From Kiritimatiellia bacterium (GTDB lineage Bacteria > Verrucomicrobiota > Kiritimatiellia > RFP12 > UBA1067), in assembly GCA_904502135.1 (NCBI GenBank), contig CAJGDE010000001.1, positions 1-51,642 on the forward strand: a DNA stretch of 51,642 nucleotides. The letters run 5' to 3'. The translations under genes were made by a program, and so were the position numbers. The first letter of the stretch is position 1. Every line of letters begins with the position of its first letter. The notes under the pieces were generated by a model. The model was not told the origin of the DNA, ran no database searches, and saw nothing but the letters and a program-made list of their open reading frames with translations. Of this stretch, positions 1-10,024 are shown in pieces.

Positions 1-741
1 ATGCTTATCAAGGAGGATATATCAAAGTATGATTTCTCCTACGTCAAGCACGCGACAACTGCAGGAGAAGCTCTCAACCCTGAAGTGTTTACGCAGTTCA
101 AGCGTGCGACAGGGCTTGCTATCTACGAAGGCTTCGGTCAGAGTGAAACGACTTGTGCGCTTGGAACGCTTTTGGGAGACGAGATAAAACTCGGAGCAAT
201 GGGTAAACCTATTCCCGATTACGGTATTGATCTCGTCGACGCAGAAGGCCATTCTGTTCCTGCTGGCGAACATGGCGAGATAGTCATCCGCACTCCGCGC
301 TCCAATCCGCGTCCTGGTGTATTTATCGGGTACTATGGCGACGAGGAGAAAACGGCCGAAGCGTGGAGGCACGGCTGCTATCATACGGGCGATGTCGCAT
401 GGAAGGATGAGGACGGATATTATCATTACGTCGGTCGAGCCGACGATGTGATCAAATCTTCCGGCTACCGCATAGGTCCGTTTGAGATTGAGAACGTCAT
501 CATGGAGCTTCCTTACGTTGTGGAATGCGGCGTCTCCGCCGCTCCCGATCCTGTGCGCGGACAAGTCGTCAAAGCGACAATCAAACTTGTTAAGGGCACC
601 GAGCCTACGGAGGAGCTTAAAAAGGAGATTCAAGAGTACGTAAAGACGCACACCGCTCCATACAAGTATCCGCGCATAATCGTCTTCCGTGATGAATTGC
701 CCAAGACGGTAAGCGGTAAAATAATGCGGAACAAGCTGTAA
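1..741 (+). CDS. AMP-dependent acyl-CoA synthetase/ligase, C-terminal portion (N-terminus lies upstream of the window)
   Basis: Translation shows adenylate-forming enzyme hallmarks (YHTGD, GRADDVIKSSGYRIGPFEIE, C-terminal PKTVSGKIMR). Only 246 aa are present, so it is truncated by the window edge. Its stop overlaps the next start (TAATG). Confidence 0.8.
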   Translation: MLIKEDISKYDFSYVKHATTAGEALNPEVFTQFKRATGLAIYEGFGQSETTCALGTLLGDEIKLGAMGKPIPDYGIDLVDAEGHSVPAGEHGEIVIRTPRSNPRPGVFIGYYGDEEKTAEAWRHGCYHTGDVAWKDEDGYYHYVGRADDVIKSSGYRIGPFEIENVIMELPYVVECGVSAAPDPVRGQVVKATIKLVKGTEPTEELKKEIQEYVKTHTAPYKYPRIIVFRDELPKTVSGKIMRNKL

Positions 742-1400
742 TGAAATACGAAATACTTCCTTCCTTTCTTGCTGCCGATTTAGGGACTCTTGCCGCGGAA
801 CTTCTCCGTGCCGAAGATTCAACGGCAGATGCGATACATCTTGATATTATGGATCCGCATTTTGTTCCGAACATGTCGTTCGGTCCTTCGATTGTGGATT
901 TCTGCCGTCGGACGGCGCCTGCGTTCTACCGCAATGTCCATCTTATGATGTCGCGCCCCGATCTTTATATTGAGAAGTTCGCCGAAGCTGGGGCGCAGAC
1001 GATTCAAGTGCACATTGAGGCCGATTGCGACCTCCATGCTCAGTTGCGCCGTATCCGCTCGCTCGGTGTGAAGCCTGCGCTGGTACTTAATCCTGAAACT
1101 CCAGTTGAGAAGATTCTGCCGTATCTCAACGAGGCGGATGAAGTTCTTGTCATGACTGTGCATCCAGGTTACGGCGGGCAGAAGTTTATCTCATCTTGCC
1201 TGCCAAAGGTTACCCAAATCAGGAACTGGCGAAAAGATATCGATATCATGATCGATGGAGGCGGCAACCACGAGACGATTCCTCTTGCCGCTGCGGCAGG
1301 AGCGAATCAGTTTGTTGCAGGTTCCTACCTTTTTGCAAAAGAGGATATGAAGGGGGCCGTTGAAGAATTGCGCCGCCTCATCCAAACGGCAGTATCTTAA
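741..1400 (+). CDS. rpe: ribulose-phosphate 3-epimerase
   Basis: 219 aa. HLDIMDPHFVPNMSFGP and MTVHPGYGGQKF motifs are typical of Rpe. Confidence 0.9.
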   Translation: MKYEILPSFLAADLGTLAAELLRAEDSTADAIHLDIMDPHFVPNMSFGPSIVDFCRRTAPAFYRNVHLMMSRPDLYIEKFAEAGAQTIQVHIEADCDLHAQLRRIRSLGVKPALVLNPETPVEKILPYLNEADEVLVMTVHPGYGGQKFISSCLPKVTQIRNWRKDIDIMIDGGGNHETIPLAAAAGANQFVAGSYLFAKEDMKGAVEELRRLIQTAVS

Positions 1401-1401
1401 C

Positions 1402-2037
1402 GTGTTTAAAGGCGCCATTTTCGATCAGGACGGCCTTCTTTTTGATACGGAAGCCGTTTTTGAAGTCTCCTGGATCAAGGCAGGTGAAGAGTTAGGTTTG
1501 CCTGTAACGGCTGAGCTTGCCCGTTCGTTTAGCGGCTATGGGAAAAAAGAATTGGAGGAGGCCGCTTCCCGCGCATTCCCTGGAGCGAACGCTGCTCTTT
1601 TGGTGGAGCGAGCGCATTCTCTCGCATCCGAGGCGCAACTTGCTACTGTTCCGGTGGTCAAGCCTGGCGTCAGAGAAATTCTTTCGTTCTGCCGCGAAAA
1701 TTCCATACGCACGGCCGTTGCGTCAAGTTCAATGCGCCATCTTGTGGAGCATAATCTATCTGCGACTAATCTTACAAGTTTCTTTGATGCTATCGTAACC
1801 GGTCGTGATGTCGAAAGAGGCAAGCCTCAGCCAGACATATTTCTTTTGGCGGCAGAGAGAATTTCTGTCGAGCCGTCGTCATGTATCGTTTTTGAAGATG
1901 CGTTTTCAGGTATTCGTGCCGCTCATGCGGCAGGGTGTTTCCCAGTGCTGATTCCCGACAGGCGCATGCCTGACGATGAAATATTGAAAATCTGTAAGGC
2001 ACGCACATCTCTACTTGAGGCGATGGATTTGTTTTAA
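1402..2037 (+). CDS. HAD-superfamily hydrolase (subfamily IA, beta-phosphoglucomutase-like)
   Basis: FDQDGLLFDTE (DxD motif I) near the N-terminus and a GKPQPDIFL motif. The track start (TTG 1360) overlaps rpe; in-frame GTG 1402 directly follows the rpe stop. The start is uncertain. Confidence 0.7.
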   Translation: MFKGAIFDQDGLLFDTEAVFEVSWIKAGEELGLPVTAELARSFSGYGKKELEEAASRAFPGANAALLVERAHSLASEAQLATVPVVKPGVREILSFCRENSIRTAVASSSMRHLVEHNLSATNLTSFFDAIVTGRDVERGKPQPDIFLLAAERISVEPSSCIVFEDAFSGIRAAHAAGCFPVLIPDRRMPDDEILKICKARTSLLEAMDLF

Positions 2038-2049
2038 GGCGGCGTATTT

Positions 2050-2058
2050 TGGTATAAT
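2050..2058 (+). promoter_or_regulatory. extended -10 promoter box TGGTATAAT, 7 nt upstream of ATG 2066 (leaderless-type)
   Basis: Exact TGGTATAAT at 2050-2058. The spacer TCGCAAT is followed by ATG, with no room for an SD. Confidence 0.45.
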
Positions 2059-2065
2059 TCGCAAT

Positions 2066-2575
2066 ATGGAAAACATTGAAGAGGTTGGTGAGAAGCTCGT
2101 CATAGACGCATATCGGCTTGACCGCGAGGGTGAGACCCTTGAGGGTGAGGTTGATTGCGTTGATGTTCACGAGGAATTTGTAGACGCCTTTGGAGGCGTC
2201 AGATACCGCCTTAATGCACGTGTTTTCGGAACAGAGCTCCTCGTAAGAGGCGCTCTCGAGCAGGATTTTTCGTATGTTTGCTCTCGCTGCGGCAAGGATT
2301 TTGACGATACTGTGAAAGTGGGCGACTTCACAGCTTCCTTCGAAATCAACGATAAAAGCCCAGACGTCGATTTGACGAATGAGATAAGAGAGAGTATAAT
2401 ACTCGCCCTACCGACTTTCCCGGTCTGTTCTGAGACCTGTCCGGGAGTCGTCCAAAAAACAAAAACGTTTACGGACGATAGGTGGAATGTCTTGGAGAGA
2501 TTGAGAATGGAGAGCCGTCAGCCAGAAGATCAGGTCGATCAGGGTGCTAGCGGTTCTGCCGAGAAAAGAAGCTAA
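2066..2575 (+). CDS. yceD: YceD/DUF177 family protein (23S rRNA accumulation protein-like)
   Basis: CSRCGKDF ... PVCSETCPG cysteine pairs and the conserved position directly upstream of rpmF-plsX. The start is taken at ATG 2066 (MENIEEVG) rather than the track's TTG 2015. Confidence 0.65.
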   Translation: MENIEEVGEKLVIDAYRLDREGETLEGEVDCVDVHEEFVDAFGGVRYRLNARVFGTELLVRGALEQDFSYVCSRCGKDFDDTVKVGDFTASFEINDKSPDVDLTNEIRESIILALPTFPVCSETCPGVVQKTKTFTDDRWNVLERLRMESRQPEDQVDQGASGSAEKRS

Positions 2576-2587
2576 GGAGAAAGAAAA

Positions 2588-2767
2588 ATGGCAAGTCCTA
2601 AGAACCGTGTGTCTAAGCGTCGTAAACGTGAGCGTGTTGCGTCTCTTGAGAAACCTATCCTCGCTCAAGTGGCGACTTGCCCCGAGTGTGGGGCTGCGGT
2701 TCGTTCGCATCGCGCGTGCCCTAAGTGCGGCACATATAAGGGTCGTAAAGTGACGGCGTCCAAGTGA
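2588..2767 (+). CDS. rpmF: 50S ribosomal protein L32
   Basis: 59-aa ORF absent from the track: MASPKNRVSKRRKRERVAS...CPECGAAVRSHRACPKCGTYKGRKV. It has the typical L32 N-terminus and CxxC...CxxC zinc ribbon, and sits between yceD-like and plsX. Confidence 0.85.
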   Translation: MASPKNRVSKRRKRERVASLEKPILAQVATCPECGAAVRSHRACPKCGTYKGRKVTASK

Positions 2768-2862
2768 CGTCGTCGCGGTTTTGACCGCAGTGATTCTTCC
2801 GTAGCCTTCAAGGCGCGGAAGAATTTGGTCCGTTTCGTTGGCGGAAATTGGGAGGTTGGGTC

Positions 2863-3918
2863 ATGACGCGAATTGCTCTTGACGCGATGGGGGGCGATTA
2901 CGCCCCAGGTGAAATTGTAGTTGGAGCGGTAGAGTCTGCCGCCGGGCTTAAGGATGTGAAGGTGCTTCTTGTGGGGCAGCTTTCCCAAATTCAAGCCGAG
3001 CTAGAAAAACTTCCGCCGAAGTTGAAGGCAGCTTCTCAGCAAGCCATTGAAAACGGCACGCTTGAGATAGTGCACGCCCCCGATGTGGCGGAGATGGATG
3101 ATTCTCCCGTTGAGGCGGTCAAAAAGAAAAAGGATTGCTCGATAAACGTCGCCATGCGCCTCGTCAAAGAGGGTAGGGCTGACGCGTTTGTTTCCGCGGG
3201 CAATTCCGGTGCGGTGGCGACAAGTGCCATTTTAACTCTCGGGCGCATTCCTGGAGTAAAGCGGCCTGCTATCGCGACAGTTATGCCTAACCGCAATCCA
3301 AAGCGTCCAATTGTCGTACTTGACGCCGGCGCTAATATGGATTGCCACCCGGAATGGCTTGTGCAATTTGCCATTATGGGTAACGCTTATTCAAAGGCCG
3401 TGTTGAAGCGCGGCGTCCCGGCAGTCGGGCTCGTGTCAATCGGCACTGAAGATTGCAAGGGTAACGAAATGACGAAGGCCACCTTCCCTCTTCTTAAGAG
3501 CGTCAAGGATATTAATTTCGTTGGCAATATTGAGGGTAAGGATCTTTACAAAGGCCATATTGACGTTGCAGTCTGCGACGGCTTCGTCGGCAATGTGATT
3601 TTAAAAACTACTGAATCAATCGCCAAGGCAATTGTCTATTGGTTGAAGAAGGAGTGCTTCAAGGGGCCTTTGCGTTTTCTTGGCGCTGTTCTTCTCAGAG
3701 GTGCGTTTCATTCGCTTAAAAGCCAGCTCGACCCCGACATTTACGGCGGAGCTCCCCTTCTCGGTGTGAACGGGGCAGTAATCATAGGGCATGGCAGTTC
3801 GAGTCACAAAGCGATTTATTATGCTGTTAAAGCTGGTGTTGCGGCGGCAGCTAACGATGTGACGGGGCTTATCACAAAGGCTATCGCGGCAGAGGCCGAG
3901 GAGCATAAACAGAAATGA
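2863..3918 (+). CDS. plsX: phosphate acyltransferase PlsX
   Basis: [20 protein letters not shown]-terminus and a GNSGA motif. GGGAGG SD lies upstream of ATG 2863. The stop overlaps the leuS start (ATGA). Confidence 0.9.
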   Translation: MTRIALDAMGGDYAPGEIVVGAVESAAGLKDVKVLLVGQLSQIQAELEKLPPKLKAASQQAIENGTLEIVHAPDVAEMDDSPVEAVKKKKDCSINVAMRLVKEGRADAFVSAGNSGAVATSAILTLGRIPGVKRPAIATVMPNRNPKRPIVVLDAGANMDCHPEWLVQFAIMGNAYSKAVLKRGVPAVGLVSIGTEDCKGNEMTKATFPLLKSVKDINFVGNIEGKDLYKGHIDVAVCDGFVGNVILKTTESIAKAIVYWLKKECFKGPLRFLGAVLLRGAFHSLKSQLDPDIYGGAPLLGVNGAVIIGHGSSSHKAIYYAVKAGVAAAANDVTGLITKAIAAEAEEHKQK

Positions 3919-6506
3919 GTGACTACAATTTTTCTGCCATTGAGAAAAAATGGCAAAAGTATTGGCTTGATAACAAGACTTTTAAAACTGATTCAAATGC
4001 CCCAGGCGAGAAGTTCTACTGCCTTGATATGTTCCCGTATCCGTCGGGCGCGGGGCTTCATGTAGGACACCCTGAGGGATATACCGCTACTGATATTCTC
4101 TGCCGCTATAAGCGTATGAAGGGCTTTAATGTTCTTCATCCGATGGGGTGGGACGCTTTCGGTCTTCCCGCCGAGCAGTATGCCGTTGAAACAGGTACGC
4201 ACCCTGCGATTACGACAAAGAAGAATGTCGACCGTTTCCGCGAACAGATTCGTGCGCTTGGCTTTTCGTACGACTGGGACCGCGAAGTAAATACGACAGA
4301 TCCCAAGTACTACAAGTGGACGCAGTGGATTTTTGAAAAGCTCTACGAAAAGGGCTTAGCGTACGTCGCTGAAGTTCCAGTAAACTGGTGCCCGGCTCTT
4401 GGTACGGTGCTTGCGAACGAAGAGGTCATCGACGGCCGCTCTGAGCGCGGCAATCATCCCGTCATCCGTAAGCCCATGCGTCAGTGGATGCTCAAGATCA
4501 CCGAATACGCAGAGAGACTTTTGAACGATCTTGATGAACTTGACTGGTCTGAGGGCATCAAGGAGATGCAGCGCAACTGGATTGGCAAGTCTACGGGCGC
4601 TCTCGTTGATTTTAAGGCAGGGGAAGATACGATTACTGTCTATACAACGCGCTGCGATACTCTTTTTGGCGCGACGTACATGGTTATGAGCCCAGAGCAC
4701 AAGCTCGTAGACAAGTGGCTTTCTTCCAGTGCGATTCTTAATCCAGAAGAAGTGACGGCATATCGCGAAGCGGCCGCCAGAAAGAGCGATTTTGAACGCA
4801 CCGAAATGAATAAGGAAAAAACGGGCGTTGAGCTTAAGGGCATAAAGGGAATTAACCCTGTTAATGGAGAGGCTCTGCCGATTTTCATTTCTGATTACGT
4901 TCTTGCCTCATACGGTACGGGCGCGATCATGGCCGTTCCCGCTCACGACGAGCGCGACTTTGAGTTCGCGAAGGTATTTAATCTTCCGATTTATCAAGTT
5001 GTGGCGAAGGATGGGGAACAGGGAATAGGGAAGAGGGAAGAGGGAAGAGGGAACGGGGAGCGCGTTCCTTATACTGCTGATGCGGCGTTTACCGATATCG
5101 CTTCGGGCGTTATGGTCAATTCCGGTTTTATTACCGGTCTTTCCGTGAAGGACGCTCAGGCCAAGATGATTGCATGGCTTGAGGAGAATGGCGTTGGCAA
5201 GGCTAAGACGCAGTACAAGCTTCGCGACTGGCTCTTTTCGCGTCAGCGCTACTGGGGCGAGCCTTTCCCTGTTATTCATTGGGAAGACGGCACGCAGAGT
5301 CTCGTTCCAGAAGAGGATCTTCCTCTTACGCTTCCTGAACTTGCTGACTATAAGCCTACAGGCACTGGTGAGCCGCCGCTTGCAAAAGCGACAGAATGGC
5401 TTAATGTCGTCGATCCTGCGACCGGCAAGAAGGGCATTCGCGAGACGAATACGATGCCTCAGTGGGCAGGCAGCTGCTGGTACTATCTTAGGTATATCGA
5501 TCCCCTTAACGATAATGCGTTCGCCGACAGCGAGCTTTTGAAGAAGTGGCTTCCTGTCGACCTTTATGTAGGCGGCGCGGAGCATGCAGTCTTGCATCTT
5601 CTCTACGCACGATTCTGGCACAAGGTTCTTTTCGATCTTGGTCTTGTTCCTACGAAGGAGCCGTTCCAGCGTCTCGTCAATCAGGGAATGATTCTCGGCC
5701 TTGCGTACAAGACGAAGCGTGGAGTTCTCGTTCCTATGGACCGCGTTGAGTGGCGCGAAGGTAAGCCCTACGGTTCGGAGGAAGAAGGTGGCGAGATGGA
5801 GGAGCTTACGGAGTTCCCCGCCAAGATGTCGAAGTCTCTTCGCAACGTCGTTAATCCCGACGATGTAATCCGCGATTTCGGCGCCGATTCTCTGCGTCTT
5901 TACGAAATGTTCATGGGGCCTCTGCAGGCTGTTAAACCGTGGTCGACGAAAGGCGTCGAGGGCGTTCACCGCTTCCTCAAGCGCGCCAACCGTTTTGTCA
6001 CGGAAACGCCCATTGCCGACCGCCCGATGACGAAGGCTGAGGCTAAGAGCCTGAATGCGATGATAAAGAAAGTCGGCGACGACCTTGAGGCGATGGCGTT
6101 TAATACGGCGATTTCCGCGATGATGGTTTATATCAATGAAGCGGAAGACTTTGCTAAATCAGGCGCGATGCCGAAGGAGTATCTTGAAAAGTTCGTTCTC
6201 TGCCTTGCGCCTTTTGCGCCGCACTTAGGAGAAGAGCTTTGGTCGTTCCTCGGTAACGCCAACACTCTCGCTTACGAGCCTTGGCCTCAATTTGACGCGT
6301 CCGCGCTCGTTGAGGATGAAATTGAAATTCCGGTCCAGGTCCTCGGCAAGCTTCGCGGCCGTATTCGCGTGCCTGTAGCAGCGACACCGGCGGAAATGGA
6401 AGAAGCGGCCAAGGCCAATGCCGATGTCGCTAAGTTTTTGGAAGGCAAGACGATAGTCAAGGTTATTGCCGTACCTAAGCGTATGGTCAATTTTGTTGTC
6501 AGGTAA
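3915..6506 (+). CDS. leuS: leucine--tRNA ligase
   Basis: 863 aa with HVGHP (HIGH) and KMSKS signatures and the [16 protein letters not shown] motif. Confidence 0.95.
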   Translation: MSDYNFSAIEKKWQKYWLDNKTFKTDSNAPGEKFYCLDMFPYPSGAGLHVGHPEGYTATDILCRYKRMKGFNVLHPMGWDAFGLPAEQYAVETGTHPAITTKKNVDRFREQIRALGFSYDWDREVNTTDPKYYKWTQWIFEKLYEKGLAYVAEVPVNWCPALGTVLANEEVIDGRSERGNHPVIRKPMRQWMLKITEYAERLLNDLDELDWSEGIKEMQRNWIGKSTGALVDFKAGEDTITVYTTRCDTLFGATYMVMSPEHKLVDKWLSSSAILNPEEVTAYREAAARKSDFERTEMNKEKTGVELKGIKGINPVNGEALPIFISDYVLASYGTGAIMAVPAHDERDFEFAKVFNLPIYQVVAKDGEQGIGKREEGRGNGERVPYTADAAFTDIASGVMVNSGFITGLSVKDAQAKMIAWLEENGVGKAKTQYKLRDWLFSRQRYWGEPFPVIHWEDGTQSLVPEEDLPLTLPELADYKPTGTGEPPLAKATEWLNVVDPATGKKGIRETNTMPQWAGSCWYYLRYIDPLNDNAFADSELLKKWLPVDLYVGGAEHAVLHLLYARFWHKVLFDLGLVPTKEPFQRLVNQGMILGLAYKTKRGVLVPMDRVEWREGKPYGSEEEGGEMEELTEFPAKMSKSLRNVVNPDDVIRDFGADSLRLYEMFMGPLQAVKPWSTKGVEGVHRFLKRANRFVTETPIADRPMTKAEAKSLNAMIKKVGDDLEAMAFNTAISAMMVYINEAEDFAKSGAMPKEYLEKFVLCLAPFAPHLGEELWSFLGNANTLAYEPWPQFDASALVEDEIEIPVQVLGKLRGRIRVPVAATPAEMEEAAKANADVAKFLEGKTIVKVIAVPKRMVNFVVR
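5013..5060 (+). repeat. in-frame tandem heptamer array (GGGAAnA) x6-7 inside leuS
   Basis: ggggaaca gggaata gggaaga gggaaga gggaaga gggaacg, encoding [15 protein letters not shown]. Positions 5020-5046 are identical to metG 16015-16041. Confidence 0.9.
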
Positions 6507-6530
6507 AAGCAAGTTATATTAAGGAGAGTC

Positions 6531-8270
6531 ATGTCAGAGATTACCAATGAACAGCGTAGGCACTCGGCGGCGCATTTGATGGCGCGCGCGGTTATGAATG
6601 TTTTTGAAGATGTCGCGGTCGATATCGGGCCTGCGACAGACGACGGGTTTTATTATGACTTTGATCTGCCGCACCGCATTTCCACGGATGACTTTCCGAA
6701 GATTGAAGCTGAAATTAAGCGACTTATCGAACTCGACGAGCCTTTTGTGAAGAAGGTTGTCTCGCGTGCCGAGTGCGAGCAGATGCTCAAGGGTCAGAAG
6801 TATAAACTTGAGAGACTTGCGGATATCCCGCAGGGCGAAGATATTTCAACATACACCGTCGGCGATTATGTTGAGATGTGCCGCGGACCTCATGTGGAAA
6901 AGTCTTCGCAAATTGGCGTAGTCAAGCTTACCCGCGTTGCGGGCAGCTACTATCGTGGCGATGAGAAGAATAAGATGCTCCAACGCGTATACGGCATTGT
7001 CGCTAAAGATCAGGCTGAACTTGATGCGATCATTGCGCGTGAAGAAGAGGCCAGGCGCCGCGATCACCGTGTTCTTGGACGCGAACTTGAGCTTTTCACG
7101 ATTACAGATTCGGTAGGCCCCGGTCTTGCGCACTGGCTTCCAAAGGGCGCTCGCATTCGTGTGGCGATTGAAGATTACTGGAGAAAAAAACATTATGAAG
7201 CCGGCTATGAAATCGTATACACGCCTCATGTCGGGCGCGCGAATTTGTGGCAGACTTCGGGGCATTTAGGTTTTTACAAAGAGGGTATGTTCCCTCCGAT
7301 GAAGGTTTCAGAGGGCGAAGGTGAAGGCGCATACGTAGAAGAGTACTATGTAAAGCCGATGAATTGCCCGTTCCATATTCAGATTTATCAGGCCAAGAAG
7401 CGCAGTTACCGCGATCTTCCCATGCGTATGGCGGAGCTCGGCACGGTCTACCGTTATGAAAAAGATGGCGTAAGACACGGGCTTTTCCGCGTGCGCGGCT
7501 TTACCCAGGATGATGCGCACATTCTCTGCACTCCGGAGCAAATCGTAAAAGAGATTAAAGATACCGTTAATTTCGCCAAGGCGATGCTTGGCAAGTTCGG
7601 CTTCCATGATATTCAGGCGTACCTTTCCACTAAGCCTGAAAAGGCGGTCGGAGACCCCGAGCGTTGGGAGCAGGCGACGGCTTCTCTCAGGGCGGCTCTT
7701 GAAGAAGAGGGGCTTTCTTATGAGGTCGATGAGGGCGGCGGCGCTTTTTACGGGCCAAAGATCGATATGAAGATTAAGGACGCGCTTGGTCGTCCTTGGC
7801 AGCTCGGCACCGTCCAGTTCGACTTTAATCTGCCGGAGCGCTTTGATCTGACGTATGTTGGCGCCGATGGCAAGGATCATCGCCCTTACATGGTTCATCG
7901 TGCGCTCTTGGGTTCAATTGAGCGTTTCTTCGGTATTTTGATTGAGCATTATGCTGGAGCGTTCCCGCTTTGGCTTGCGCCGGAGCAGATTAGAATTCTT
8001 CCGATTTCCGATAAGGCGATGGATTACGCGAAGAAGGTGCAGGCGGCTTTGCGGGCAGCTGGCTTCAGAGTTGATATTGACATCTCTGCTGAGAAGCTTG
8101 GCGCGAAGATTCGTCTTGCGACGGTGCAGAAAGTTCCTTATCAGGTCGTGGTCGGACCGCGCGACGAAGCGGCGGGAGTCATCTCGGCGCGCAGTCGTAC
8201 TGACGGCGATCTTGGCGCTATGAAGACCGAAGATCTCATCGCAAGGCTCAAGGCCGAAATCGAAGCATAA
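6531..8270 (+). CDS. thrS: threonine--tRNA ligase (no N-terminal TGS domain)
   Basis: 579 aa. It starts about 10 aa before the editing-domain HSAAHLMA motif and has CRGPHV and class II catalytic and anticodon-binding regions. AAGGAG SD lies upstream. Confidence 0.9.
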   Translation: MSEITNEQRRHSAAHLMARAVMNVFEDVAVDIGPATDDGFYYDFDLPHRISTDDFPKIEAEIKRLIELDEPFVKKVVSRAECEQMLKGQKYKLERLADIPQGEDISTYTVGDYVEMCRGPHVEKSSQIGVVKLTRVAGSYYRGDEKNKMLQRVYGIVAKDQAELDAIIAREEEARRRDHRVLGRELELFTITDSVGPGLAHWLPKGARIRVAIEDYWRKKHYEAGYEIVYTPHVGRANLWQTSGHLGFYKEGMFPPMKVSEGEGEGAYVEEYYVKPMNCPFHIQIYQAKKRSYRDLPMRMAELGTVYRYEKDGVRHGLFRVRGFTQDDAHILCTPEQIVKEIKDTVNFAKAMLGKFGFHDIQAYLSTKPEKAVGDPERWEQATASLRAALEEEGLSYEVDEGGGAFYGPKIDMKIKDALGRPWQLGTVQFDFNLPERFDLTYVGADGKDHRPYMVHRALLGSIERFFGILIEHYAGAFPLWLAPEQIRILPISDKAMDYAKKVQAALRAAGFRVDIDISAEKLGAKIRLATVQKVPYQVVVGPRDEAAGVISARSRTDGDLGAMKTEDLIARLKAEIEA

Positions 8271-8312
8271 AAGAAGCTTAAAAATAAAAGCCGCATTTTT
8301 CAGGAGGCGTGT

Positions 8313-9923
8313 ATGGCGGGTGAGTATCAGTTCAGTTTGATTGACGTCACTAAGCAGCAGGGAACCAAGACGATTCTCAAGGATGTTAACTTGAGCTTCT
8401 TTTACGGGGCGCATATCGGCGTAATCGGTGGCAATGGAGCCGGTAAGTCTTCATTGCTTAAGATTCTCGCAGGTCTTGATACTGAACTTATGGGGACGGT
8501 GCAGGTCGCTAAGGGTACTAAAGTGGGGTATTTGCCGCAGGAGCCTGAGCTTGATGACTCCAAGACCGTTCTTGAGACGGTTATGGAGGGTGTCGCCGAT
8601 GCTCAGGCGATGGTTACTCGCTATGAGGATCTTTGCTGCGAACTTGACGACCCGAAAGCGGCCGCCGAGATGGAGCGCCTTCAGGAAATCATAGACAGAA
8701 ACGATTATTGGAATCTCGAAAACCTCGTCGAACGAAGAATGGCCGATCTTTGCTGTCCGCCTGGAGATAAGCCCGTCAGCGTTCTTTCCGGCGGCGAAAG
8801 GCGTCGTGTTGCGATAGCAAGACTGCTTCTTACAAATCCCGATGTGCTGCTTCTTGACGAGCCGACAAACCATCTTGACGCGGAAACGACGTTTAGGCTT
8901 GAAGCTTATCTTAAAGACTTCAAGGGAACTCTCATCGTCGTCACCCACGATCGTTATTTCCTCTCTGACGTTACCGATTGGATTTTGGAACTTGATCACG
9001 GTGTTTGCTATCCGTACAAGGGTAATTACGAAGAGTGGCTCAAGCAGAAAGAAGCCATGCTTGCGCGCGAGGCTAAGGTTGAGAAGTCCCGTCAAAAGCT
9101 TCTTGAAAACGAACTTAAGTGGATTCAGACGAATCCTTCCGGGCGCCATGCGAAGGCGAAGGCTCGTGTTGAGCGATATGAAGAACTTCAGAAGCAGGAG
9201 GTTTCAACCCGCGAGGACGATCTCGTTATCCGCATTCCGCCGGGGCCGCGTCTTGGAAATCTTGTCGTACGAGCTGAACACGTTAAGATGGGGTTTGACG
9301 ATCAGGTTCTTTATGATGACCTTAATTTCGAGCTTCCGCGCGGCGGCATAGTCGGCGTTATCGGCGCGAACGGTGCCGGTAAGACGACACTTTTTAAGCT
9401 TATTACAGGCCAGCTCAAGCCGCTCGCTGGCGAATTTAAGGTCGGTGAAACCGTAAAGCTCAGTTATGTTGACCAGACCCGCAGCGAACTTAAAGCCGAT
9501 GAGACCGTCTATGAGGCGATAACTGGCGGCGGAGAGTTCGTTAATCTCGCAGGCACTACGATGATGAATGGCCGTGCGTACGTAAGTCGCTTCAATTTCC
9601 GCGGTGCAGAGCAGCAGAAGAAGGTCGGTGTTCTGTCGGGCGGTGAAAGAAACCGCGTTCATCTTGCTAAGCTTCTTACAAGCGGCGGTAATCTTCTTCT
9701 TCTCGACGAGCCGACGAACGATCTTGATGTTGCCACATTAAGATCGCTTGAAGAAGGTCTTCAGGAGTTTGGCGGCTGTGTCATGGTGGTTTCTCACGAT
9801 CGCTGGTTTTTAGATCGTATTGCTACCCATATCCTCGCTTTTGAGGGTAAAGGCAAGACAACGTGGTTTGAGGGCAGTTATTCCGAATACCACGAGGCAT
9901 TGTCTCGCCGTGCTAAAGCGTAA
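8313..9923 (+). CDS. ettA: ABC-F ATPase, energy-dependent translational throttle EttA-like
   Basis: 536 aa with two ABC cassettes (GGNGAGKSS, GANGAGKTT, two LSGGERxR signatures) and IPPGPRLG in the linker. It is collinear with E. coli EttA as I recall that sequence. Confidence 0.85.
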   Translation: MAGEYQFSLIDVTKQQGTKTILKDVNLSFFYGAHIGVIGGNGAGKSSLLKILAGLDTELMGTVQVAKGTKVGYLPQEPELDDSKTVLETVMEGVADAQAMVTRYEDLCCELDDPKAAAEMERLQEIIDRNDYWNLENLVERRMADLCCPPGDKPVSVLSGGERRRVAIARLLLTNPDVLLLDEPTNHLDAETTFRLEAYLKDFKGTLIVVTHDRYFLSDVTDWILELDHGVCYPYKGNYEEWLKQKEAMLAREAKVEKSRQKLLENELKWIQTNPSGRHAKAKARVERYEELQKQEVSTREDDLVIRIPPGPRLGNLVVRAEHVKMGFDDQVLYDDLNFELPRGGIVGVIGANGAGKTTLFKLITGQLKPLAGEFKVGETVKLSYVDQTRSELKADETVYEAITGGGEFVNLAGTTMMNGRAYVSRFNFRGAEQQKKVGVLSGGERNRVHLAKLLTSGGNLLLLDEPTNDLDVATLRSLEEGLQEFGGCVMVVSHDRWFLDRIATHILAFEGKGKTTWFEGSYSEYHEALSRRAKA

Positions 9924-9955
9924 TGCTCTTTTGCTAGGCTTGTTATCATGTAATA

Positions 9956-10002
9956 CTGTCACACTGTCACAAAATATGCGACATAATGTCTCAAAGTGTG
10001 AC
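9956..10002 (+). promoter_or_regulatory. direct and inverted repeat cluster upstream of the dnaK promoter (candidate activator or operator site)
   Basis: CTGTCACA x2 (9956-9971), palindrome GACATAATGTC (9980-9990), and AGTGTGAC (9995-10002), which is the reverse complement of GTCACACT (9959-9966). Confidence 0.3.
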
Positions 10003-10024
10003 TGGCACGACGCTTTAAAAGAGT

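Noticed and set aside
2775-2824. Two hairpins between rpmF and plsX (GCGGT/ACCGC and ATTCTTCCG/CGGAAGAAT)
   Set aside because: The second stem has a 14-nt loop and is followed only by TTT. That is too weak to call a terminator or attenuator without transcript data.
4908-5969. 353-aa ORF antisense to leuS
   Set aside because: It lies entirely inside a confidently identified leuS. Its translation is low-complexity and Arg/Leu-rich with no motif, which is typical of a shadow ORF on the strand opposite a real gene.
10003-10017. Second TGGCACG motif 22 nt upstream of the sigma-54 promoter call
   Set aside because: The -12 position reads TTTA instead of TTGC, so it lacks the conserved GC dinucleotide. 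Only the 10025-10040 site is a full match.
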